Source: a virus | Lineage: Duplodnaviria > Caudoviricetes | IMG/VR virus record: IMGVR_UViG_3300014613_000076 | Span: 1-30,936 of that record | Length of the DNA: 30,936 nt | Reading direction: 5' to 3' (one strand) | In this document: positions 24,328 to 30,936 of the stretch, in pieces | Layout of the letters: each line of letters begins with the position of its first letter | Position numbering within the stretch: position 1 is the first letter of the stretch | The notes under the pieces: generated by a model | Database searches by the model: none | Told to the model about the DNA's origin: nothing | What the model saw: only the letters and a program-made list of their open reading frames with translations | Program-made: the position numbers and the translations under genes

Positions 24328-24483
24328 TCATGAGACACGTACTGGATCGGGTATAATGGAGGACAACATGAAGACAAGGTATGGATTGGCGACAACTTCG
24401 GGGTCATCGAATCGTTTTATGGCGTAGATGAAGAGGGCGTTTGATGGATCTACAATGTGTGCCGCGGCGATAAGGGAGTACGG

Positions 24484-25119
24484 ATGACGGATGAGCAGAT
24501 CGAGCGAGCGCAACGATATCGTGACAACGGGATGACATATCAAGCCATTGCCGCTGCTTTGGGCAAGGGATATGAGACAATCCGATGCGCTTTGAATCCT
24601 GAAGTAAGGGGACGGAATCGGATTAGGTGTGCTGAATATAGGCGCACTCACAAAGATGAGCAGCGCGTGCGTTGGAACAAGTGGCGCGAATTGAATCTGG
24701 AACATGCGCGGCGTGCCGCTACAGAATGGCGCGAGAATAATAAGGAGCTGGTGCTTGGATATGCTGCGAAATGGCGCAATAACAACAAAGAGCAGATACG
24801 TGCCTCTGGTGCGGTATATGCCAAGAATCACTTAGCGGAACATGCAGCGCGGGCAGCTGCAAGACGTGCGATAATCCTTGGGGTGACGATAGGTAATCGC
24901 GCAGAGATTGCTGAGATCTACAGAAAGGCGAAAGAAGACAAAAAGCTGCGGTGTTACCTGTGCGGCAAGATGATTAAAATGGGCCATCGGCATGTTGACC
25001 ACATCATCCCGCTATCTGAGGGCGGAGCACACAGACCATCTAACTTGGCGGTTGCTTGTGATTCTTGTAACGACAGCAAAGGTAGCAAAATGCCATACGA
25101 AGTGGGTGTGCTGATATGA
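24484..25119 (+). CDS. HNH endonuclease with N-terminal HTH
   Basis: CYLCG...HVDHIIPLSEGGAH...NLAVACDSCNDSKG; N-terminal GMTYQAIAAALGKGYETIR; coupled to TerS. Confidence 0.9.
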   Translation: MTDEQIERAQRYRDNGMTYQAIAAALGKGYETIRCALNPEVRGRNRIRCAEYRRTHKDEQRVRWNKWRELNLEHARRAATEWRENNKELVLGYAAKWRNNNKEQIRASGAVYAKNHLAEHAARAAARRAIILGVTIGNRAEIAEIYRKAKEDKKLRCYLCGKMIKMGHRHVDHIIPLSEGGAHRPSNLAVACDSCNDSKGSKMPYEVGVLI

Positions 25120-25535
25120 GTCCGGGAGAAAGCAAGACCAGCAAGCGCAGACTAGCGGCCCGAGACAGGTGGCTTGCTGCGCTTGAACTCCGGAAGCGCG
25201 GCCTCACATTTGAGGCGATCGCGCAAGAGCTGGGCTACGCTACGCCTGCTTCGGCGTACAACGCGGTCATGGCAGCGCTGAAGGAGGCCAACCGGGAGCC
25301 CGTCGAGGAGATGCGGGAGCTTGAGGCCGCTCGGCTCGATCAGTTGCAAGAAAGGCTCTCGGACAAAGCAGGGCCAGACAAAGACGGAGTGGGGATCGTC
25401 GACCGTCTATTGAGGATCATGGAGCGTCGGGCGAAGTTGCTCGGGCTCGATGCACAGAGAGAGGATGCCCCTGTAGAGATCAAGGGGCCGCTGGTGATCA
25501 TCCGGAACAGCAAGGAGGCGGAGGATGAAGAGTGA
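25116..25535 (+). CDS. terS: Terminase small subunit (HTH type)
   Basis: ALELRKRGLTFEAIAQELGY...IVDRLLRIMERRAKLLGLD; between HNH and TerL. Confidence 0.75.
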   Translation: MSPGESKTSKRRLAARDRWLAALELRKRGLTFEAIAQELGYATPASAYNAVMAALKEANREPVEEMRELEAARLDQLQERLSDKAGPDKDGVGIVDRLLRIMERRAKLLGLDAQREDAPVEIKGPLVIIRNSKEAEDEE

Positions 25536-26151
25536 GGCAATTAGGCAGTTGATCACGCGATGGCGCGAGAAGGATGACAGTGAGCCTGGTTGGCGGGATT
25601 GGCTAGCAGATGAGGCGGGCGCATGTCTTGCCGCCCTGGAGGCGAGGATCGCGGCGAAGGATGCGGCAATCGAAGCGGCTTTGCGGATCGAAGACATATG
25701 GTGCCCGGAAGACGAGATGATCGAGCCTGAACGCATTGGTGAAATGCAGGCCCTCGCCAGCATGAAGCAGGGGCTGGAAGCCGCCCTTACCTCCTCGCCG
25801 AGCGGGAAGGTTGGCGTTGCCTGTTATCCGATGGGCTCTGAGTCGAAGCACGTGCCATTCCTCGGCTGGCGCGCGGATGCGACGTGGATGATCTGCGAGT
25901 GGCGCGATGGTGCTTTGTTCACGGTTTTCGGGTATGAGGACATCACCGACGATCCGCCGGTAGCATGGATGCCGCTGTTCTGGCCGGATGATTTCGTCCC
26001 GGTCGATCGGGAGAAGCTGCGGGAGATCGAGTGGGCGTGCATGGGGACTCTCGGGCCTGAGTGCCCAGTGTGCGAATCGCCAAAAGATGCGGGGCGACAT
26101 GGGGACGACTGCTGGCTTGCGGCGCTGCTGAAGGAGGCCGACGATGGATGA
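25525..26151 (+). CDS. Hypothetical protein (mosaic; CPVC...H..DC C-terminal motif)
   Basis: GGAGG RBS, 208 aa; partial similarity to 19225 ORF. Confidence 0.65.
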   Translation: MKSEAIRQLITRWREKDDSEPGWRDWLADEAGACLAALEARIAAKDAAIEAALRIEDIWCPEDEMIEPERIGEMQALASMKQGLEAALTSSPSGKVGVACYPMGSESKHVPFLGWRADATWMICEWRDGALFTVFGYEDITDDPPVAWMPLFWPDDFVPVDREKLREIEWACMGTLGPECPVCESPKDAGRHGDDCWLAALLKEADDG

Positions 26152-26390
26152 GACGAGCGGGCACATCAAGAGGGCGGTAGCATTCATCCTGTTCTGGCTA
26201 GGAGTCAAATGCTGGAGGCGCGATGCTGACGGAATCTATTGCATCGCTGCGTTCGAATGGCAAGAGCGATGGATGGGATGATCGAAGTTGCCCGGAATGT
26301 CAAAGCGACTTGACGCGCAAAATGCGCACGGCGATCACTGGGCGGGAGATGTGGAGAAGCGGCTAAAGAGCAGCACGGGGGTGATCGACG

Positions 26391-26792
26391 ATGGCTGAGA
26401 TGACGGCGGAGGAGATATTGCAGTCCCCAATCGAGGGGCTCGTGGAAGAGGCTGAGAAGATGATCTCAGTGGCACGGCTCCCTGATGCCATTGAAGTCAT
26501 CGGCGCGCGGATAGGGCAGATCTGCCTTGCGGCAAGAGCGTCAGCGCAGCGCGAGGCGGCGGAGCGAATGCGGGAGCGATGTGCGGTAGAGGCAGGGAGA
26601 TGGTTTTGTCCAGCGGGAAGCGTGGCGAAGGCCATCCGCGCCCTGCCGTTGGAGGCTGCCGAGCCGGGAGAGGAGGGTGGGCATGAACCTAGAGCAGGCG
26701 GAAAAGGAGATCGAGGAACTGAGCGATTCGCTGGATCATCTGATGGACAAGCTCGTCGAGGAGCGAGAACTCGCAGACTCGGCCATGGCTGA
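26391..26792 (+). CDS. Hypothetical protein
   Basis: GGGGGTG RBS; AAERMRERCA...VAKAIRAL motif common in small phage ORFs; tail overlaps next gene. Confidence 0.55.
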   Translation: MAEMTAEEILQSPIEGLVEEAEKMISVARLPDAIEVIGARIGQICLAARASAQREAAERMRERCAVEAGRWFCPAGSVAKAIRALPLEAAEPGEEGGHEPRAGGKGDRGTERFAGSSDGQARRGARTRRLGHG

Positions 26793-26940
26793 TGCAGAGC
26801 ACGCGCTGGAGTACCTGGAGCGATTCCGGGGCCGATCGAACGCTGTGAGCATCGCTCTCACCTCGCTCCGCTCCTGTGTGAGTAATCTTCAGGCTAGGAT
26901 AAAGGAGCGCCCCGGGAGAGGAGTGAGGCCCGCCAAGTGA
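26683..26940 (+). CDS. Hypothetical coiled-coil protein
   Basis: GAGGAGGG RBS; GTGA coupling to TerL. Confidence 0.65.
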   Translation: MNLEQAEKEIEELSDSLDHLMDKLVEERELADSAMADAEHALEYLERFRGRSNAVSIALTSLRSCVSNLQARIKERPGRGVRPAK

Positions 26941-28214
26941 CAACTGAAGCGCCCGCCAAAGAGCCGATCACCGCGCACTGGTTCCAGGATGCCACGCTGG
27001 ATGCGATTGACCGCGCCATCCGGTACATCGTCATGCTGTGTGGGACCGGAGCTGGCAAGACGTGGTGGATTCCGCCCTGGTTGTCGTACCTGATCAACCG
27101 AGATCACGTTGCGGGTAATGGTAATGGCGCTCGGTATCTGGCGATCGGCTGCACTGGTGATATGGTGAACGATATGATCCTTCCCGTTTTGAGGGAGCAC
27201 TTCAGTGGCACGAATCTCGAAGGCCACTACCATATCAGCGGTCGACGATACGAACTCCCGACAGGCGGGAATATCTACTTGCGTTCGGCGGAGAAGCCGT
27301 ATCGCATCGAGGGCCAACACGCTCGGGGCGCGGTCTTGGATGAACCGTCCGAGATGAAGGCGACCATTTGGCCGATCATCATGCGCCGGACAGCGTTCTA
27401 CCAAGCGCCCGTCTTGTTCACCGGCTACCCAACGAACATGGGCTGGTACTATGAGAGCCTGTACAAGCCGTGGGCGGAAGGGGCAAAGGACATCGTAGTG
27501 ATCGAAGCACCATCAACGGCGAACCCCCTCTACCCGAAAGAGGAGATGGAGCGCGCCCGGTTGACGCTCCCAACGTGGCTGTTTGAGATGTCCTACCTCG
27601 GCAAGTTTCGCAAGCCATTCGGCCTCGTCTATCCCGACTTCGGGGATCAGTGCTACGTGGATCCGTTTGACGTGCCGAGCGACTGGCCGACTTACACGGT
27701 CGTTGACCCTGCCGTGCAGTACGGGGCGCTGTTCATCGCCTGGAATCGCGGCACCTATTACGTCTACAACGAGTACTACAACGAGGTGGTACAGTCAGCG
27801 GAGGAGTACGCTGAGGAGCTGTTGGCCCCACAAGAGGGCGTCAATCAGGGCTGGCTCTACGACCCGGCGCGGCTCACCGACGTGGTGAATCTCGCTGCGC
27901 ACGGGTGCGGCCCGTTTTACAAGGCGGACAACGCAGTCCGGCCCGGGATCATCACGCTGACCGGCCTGATCAAGGCGGGCCGATGGAAGGTGATGCGGGG
28001 TCGGTGCCCGGTGTTCTGCGATCAGATGGCCAAGTATCGTTGGCCCACCGATCCTGTAACGGGGAAGGTCGTCGACGGGGCGGAGAACCCGATCAAGGCG
28101 TATGACGACCTGCCCGATTGTGCTCGGTACGCGGCACACACGCTGGAGGGCGCGCCCTTGGAAGAGAGGGAGCGTGTGGTGTATAGTGATGAGCGGGACA
28201 TTTCGCGGTACTGA
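26937..28214 (+). CDS. terL: Terminase large subunit
   Basis: Q motif HWFQ, Walker A GTGAGKT, Walker B AVLDEP, TGYP coupling motif, nuclease domain VVDPA...YDDLPDCARYA. Confidence 0.93.
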   Translation: MTTEAPAKEPITAHWFQDATLDAIDRAIRYIVMLCGTGAGKTWWIPPWLSYLINRDHVAGNGNGARYLAIGCTGDMVNDMILPVLREHFSGTNLEGHYHISGRRYELPTGGNIYLRSAEKPYRIEGQHARGAVLDEPSEMKATIWPIIMRRTAFYQAPVLFTGYPTNMGWYYESLYKPWAEGAKDIVVIEAPSTANPLYPKEEMERARLTLPTWLFEMSYLGKFRKPFGLVYPDFGDQCYVDPFDVPSDWPTYTVVDPAVQYGALFIAWNRGTYYVYNEYYNEVVQSAEEYAEELLAPQEGVNQGWLYDPARLTDVVNLAAHGCGPFYKADNAVRPGIITLTGLIKAGRWKVMRGRCPVFCDQMAKYRWPTDPVTGKVVDGAENPIKAYDDLPDCARYAAHTLEGAPLEERERVVYSDERDISRY

Positions 28215-28217
28215 TAT

Positions 28218-28322
28218 GCGCCGGAAGCATAGGGAGCGATGCGATCGTGGACTACCCAGAGTCCTCTGAGGCTGGGATACGAAGCGAGAGAGCCCGGTGC
28301 AATTCCGGAGCCCGGCGCGCCA
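28218..28322 (+). ncRNA. Degenerate tRNA-like RNA ending in GCCA with enlarged anticodon-arm region
   Basis: GCGCCGG/CCGGCGC acceptor + G + CCA; D-stem GCAT/ATGC; T-arm CCGG-TGCAATT-CCGG; TCGT/ACGA and CCCAG/CTGGG nested helices in place of a 7-nt anticodon loop. Confidence 0.5.
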
Positions 28323-28357
28323 GAATGAAGGCATTTCGCGGTATTGGGGAGGCGGCT

Positions 28358-28479
28358 TTGTGGGGAGCGGGTAGAATCGCTGCGCAGCGGGCCAGAGGGG
28401 ATTGCAATCCCCGAAGGTTTGTCGGTACGGTGGAGAGGCTGTTCGACCCGGCCTGTACCGTGCTGCTCGCTCCCCGCAA
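28358..28479 (+). ncRNA. Multibranch structured RNA candidate
   Basis: 17-bp closing stem with 3 G-U pairs (28358-28374/28463-28479) enclosing three hairpins, one with a TTCGA T-loop-like loop. Confidence 0.55.
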
Positions 28480-28506
28480 GATCAGGCGCGGCACTGAGGA
28501 GGCGTG

Positions 28507-28701
28507 ATGTTCAACGTAATCGGGAGCCAGGCGTTGTACGATCGGTGCGAGCGGATAGGTCTGTATTTGCTTTGGCTAAGCGGGGGCACTCCGGCGGGCG
28601 ATGTCTACATCGTCGACGCAGGGAGCCTGGACGGGCTGCATGGTGGCGCTTCCGTGCGCGCTTTCAAGCTCTCGGAGTTGCTGCTAGAGGCCGTTTCCTG
28701 A
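28507..28701 (+). CDS. Hypothetical protein
   Basis: GAGGAGG RBS, 64 aa. Confidence 0.5.
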   Translation: MFNVIGSQALYDRCERIGLYLLWLSGGTPAGDVYIVDAGSLDGLHGGASVRAFKLSELLLEAVS

Positions 28702-28742
28702 TGTTCCAAGCCCAGGTTAGCGTAGGTACTGAAGGAGGCGGG

Positions 28743-28925
28743 ATGGTGAATGAAGATGAAGTTCTCGCCAGATCGGAAGGCATAGACCAATTGAGCCTTG
28801 CCGGGGTCTGCGGACGAATTACGCTGATGTATCGCCAAGGAGATCTGGACACGGGGGATTTTGGGGCCGAGCTGTGTGTGCTCGCAAGGCGCATTGAGGA
28901 GTCCGATGTTCCAAGCCGCGGTTAG
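28743..28925 (+). CDS. Hypothetical protein
   Basis: AAGGAGG RBS before ATG 28743 (MVNEDEVLARSEG...). Confidence 0.55.
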   Translation: MVNEDEVLARSEGIDQLSLAGVCGRITLMYRQGDLDTGDFGAELCVLARRIEESDVPSRG

Positions 28926-29205
28926 CGTAGTCGGGATCACCACGACGCCGAATGGCACGGCGTACACTGTCGATGTCAACGGCGAGCGGTTTTCGTTTTG
29001 GAACACGGACAGACTCCGAGTCGGCATCCAGATTGTGAACGGGGCGATGGTGCCGATCGAGATGCCGATCATCGATCCAGGGCAGCCGAATCTGCTCGTC
29101 GCGTTTGAGATGGACGGCACAGCGGCGCAGAAGATGGCAGATGAGGGGATCACGGCGCGGTACATGGCGAACCCGGTGCCAAGGCCGCCGTGCTCGGTGA
29201 GTTGA
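28906..29205 (+). CDS. Hypothetical beta-rich protein
   Basis: GAGGAG RBS before ATG 28906 (MFQAAVSVVG...). Confidence 0.6.
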   Translation: MFQAAVSVVGITTTPNGTAYTVDVNGERFSFWNTDRLRVGIQIVNGAMVPIEMPIIDPGQPNLLVAFEMDGTAAQKMADEGITARYMANPVPRPPCSVS

Positions 29206-29215
29206 GGAGGCAGGC

Positions 29216-29506
29216 ATGGGCAAACGCGTGCAAGTGCAAGTAGACTTACAGTTTGAGGTGGATCCTGATGTGACTCAGATCATGCTAAAAGCCGCCGCTG
29301 GATATCTGTCTCCAGGGGCAGCAGTCCGGCTCGACGAGGAGATGGACGACGCGATACTCGAGGAAGTCGCCAGCGAAGTGACCCGCGTTCTACATGATGG
29401 GGGCGATCCGGGCGCGATCCGAGGATATGCAAGAATCAAGGGCGCAATCGAATATGGGACTATGTTCGGGGAATTGCGCGGGGATTGGCTTGAGGGGGCT
29501 GAATGA
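29216..29506 (+). CDS. Hypothetical protein
   Basis: GAGGAGG RBS, 96 aa. Confidence 0.65.
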   Translation: MGKRVQVQVDLQFEVDPDVTQIMLKAAAGYLSPGAAVRLDEEMDDAILEEVASEVTRVLHDGGDPGAIRGYARIKGAIEYGTMFGELRGDWLEGAE

Positions 29507-29626
29507 GCGGCTCGGTGAATTGAGGAGGCAGCATGAAGAACCGATCGAACGACCACGGGAACACGGGATTGACGTATCTGCTGGCGAGGGTGACACCACG
29601 AGAGGCGCAGGGGGAGCCATCTAGCG

Positions 29627-29866
29627 ATGAGCGGCCCAGCGAGTAACCGCAGAGGCCAAGCGATGCGTGAGGTGGTCTTCCGTAGCCGTCGTGGCGAGAG
29701 CAAGCGCAGCAAGCGGCGACGCGCAGCGGTGGCTCTATGCAGAGCCCCTAAGATCCGCTATACTCCGGGTATGCGAGTGACGGAGCCGGGACCAGGGCGG
29801 AATGGGCCGTGCCCGTGTGGCTCGGGGAAGAAGTGGAAGAAGTGTTGCAGGGACAAGGAGGCGTGA
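29627..29866 (+). CDS. SEC-C motif protein
   Basis: GRNGPCPCGSGKKWKKCC zinc-binding motif; start could be 29627 or 29663. Confidence 0.75.
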   Translation: MSGPASNRRGQAMREVVFRSRRGESKRSKRRRAAVALCRAPKIRYTPGMRVTEPGPGRNGPCPCGSGKKWKKCCRDKEA

Positions 29867-29867
29867 G

Positions 29868-30047
29868 ATGGAACCGGTTGGCAGCGTGAAAGCCGAGGTT
29901 GCATACGGTTGGCTGATCAGGATTGACAAGTCTACGAGGGCGGTGGAGTGGTCATGCGCGGAGGTCCGCGTCGAAGTAGGCGATGAGTTCCGCGAATTCA
30001 CGATGGCCGAATTCCTAGAGCGGTTGGGATTCAGCAAGGAGGCGTGA
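29868..30047 (+). CDS. Hypothetical protein flanked by 18-bp direct repeats
   Basis: AAGGAGG RBS; CAAGGAGGCGTGAGATGG at 29854-29871 and 30035-30052. Confidence 0.6.
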   Translation: MEPVGSVKAEVAYGWLIRIDKSTRAVEWSCAEVRVEVGDEFREFTMAEFLERLGFSKEA

Positions 30048-30048
30048 G

Positions 30049-30405
30049 ATGGTGATTCCGATTGCATATAGGGGTACGGGCAAGAGATGCACGCATGAGA
30101 CGGTGCGCCTACAAAGTATCAGCAAGAAGGGGTGGCCTCAGGACGTCGTAGGGTGCAGTGAATGCAAGGGACTGATGGCGCGGCGGACAAGCAATGGAGA
30201 GATCATCCTGATGGAGCGGGCCGCCAAATGCCGCCCGGCAAACGAAGATCGACAACGACGGATGCGATTCTGCGAATCGTGCGAAGCGCCGCTCGGTACG
30301 ATGCGGCTCGCAGAATTCGTGCGGCGGTATGTATCTCTTGGGAAGGGCCTATGTCCCGTATGTGGCAAGCACGTGGTCCGCTATGAATATGCCTGGGGGA
30401 CGTGA
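30049..30405 (+). CDS. Cys-rich zinc-finger hypothetical protein
   Basis: CTH...CSEC...CESC...CPVC. Confidence 0.65.
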   Translation: MVIPIAYRGTGKRCTHETVRLQSISKKGWPQDVVGCSECKGLMARRTSNGEIILMERAAKCRPANEDRQRRMRFCESCEAPLGTMRLAEFVRRYVSLGKGLCPVCGKHVVRYEYAWGT

Positions 30406-30413
30406 GGAACCTG

Positions 30414-30936
30414 ATGACTGAAGAGCGAACTGTTGCAGAACTAGCCGAAGCTCTACGCATCCAGCAAGCCAATTTCGAGGAGCGCATTGTCGAGCTTGAG
30501 CTTGAGCTTGAGGATCGCGGCTGGTCGAAGCTCTCCGGCGCGGATGAGAAGGAATTCACGCGTGATGGTCTTCGGAAGATCTGCCATGAGTCGTTCCTGT
30601 TTTACATGAAGAACCCGCTCGTCAAACGTGCGGTAGACACTCAAGCGAACTACGTGTTCGGTCAGGGCATCACGATCAAGGCCGCGCATCCATTGGTTGA
30701 CGAGGTCGTGCAGTCGTTCCTCACGGATAAGAAGAATCAGAAGCAGCTCACATCGGTTATCGCGATGACGAAGGCTGAGAAGGACCTGTGGATCGACGCG
30801 AACCTGTTCCCCGTCTTTTTCAAGAGCTCTAAAGGCGACGTGCGGCTTGCAGTAGTCAAGTTTGATGAGATCGAGGACATTCGAACGAATCCTGAGGACA
30901 AGAACGAGCCGTGGCTATACCTCCGGCGATGGAATC
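30414..30936 (+). CDS. Portal protein, N-terminal part (runs off window; not in ORF track)
   Basis: Open frame from ATG 30414: ...YMKNPLVKRAVDTQANYVFGQGITIKA...DLWIDANLF...; portal-like motifs downstream of TerL. Confidence 0.75.
   Translation, partial: MTEERTVAELAEALRIQQANFEERIVELELELEDRGWSKLSGADEKEFTRDGLRKICHESFLFYMKNPLVKRAVDTQANYVFGQGITIKAAHPLVDEVVQSFLTDKKNQKQLTSVIAMTKAEKDLWIDANLFPVFFKSSKGDVRLAVVKFDEIEDIRTNPEDKNEPWLYLRRWN

Noticed and set aside
23831-24407. Arg/Gly/Ala- or Pro-rich ORFs on both strands over the arrays (e.g. 23973..24239 +, 23831..24331 -)
   Set aside because: Translations of the 5-nt periodic GC-rich tracts; the period is not a multiple of 3 and they lack coherent domains
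24334-24483. Stop-codon readthrough or recoding upstream of the HNH gene (protein-like frame broken by TGA at 24442)
   Set aside because: Many genes in the window end in TGA with tight ATGA coupling, so no recoding is indicated; more likely a gene remnant
28158-28187. Promoter inside the 3' end of terL (TTGGAA-18-TATAGT) driving the RNA candidates
   Set aside because: Imperfect match within coding sequence; too weak to call without TSS data

Overview
Roughly 31 kb of a GC-rich, siphovirus-like tailed phage (or prophage) genome with every credible gene on the + strand. Order: tail module (tape measure, tail-tip/hub, fibre and beta-propeller proteins) -> YvrJ-like putative holin -> moron-like block with its own promoter and terminator (outer-membrane beta-barrel-like protein, lipoprotein) -> early promoter, tRNA-like RNA and Xre/Cro HTH -> recombination (SMC-like ATPase, Rad52/Sak-like SSAP, YqaJ exonuclease) -> replication (initiator, DnaC-like loader) -> many small accessory ORFs -> HNH, TerS, TerL -> 5' part of portal. 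No integrase, divergent repressor or endolysin was recognised. The most striking element is at 23361-24327: a stand-alone 175-aa RAMP/Cas7-like gene flanked by four arrays of phased pentamers (constant GGY + variable NN), which looks like a compact phage-encoded RNA-guided system with a non-CRISPR guide architecture. Also present: several tRNA-like or multibranch structured RNA candidates (two sharing identical terminal stems), a switch-like leader before the replication initiator, and small genes bracketed by exact 18-33 bp direct repeats. All calls come from manual reading of motifs and synteny; no database search or folding program was run.
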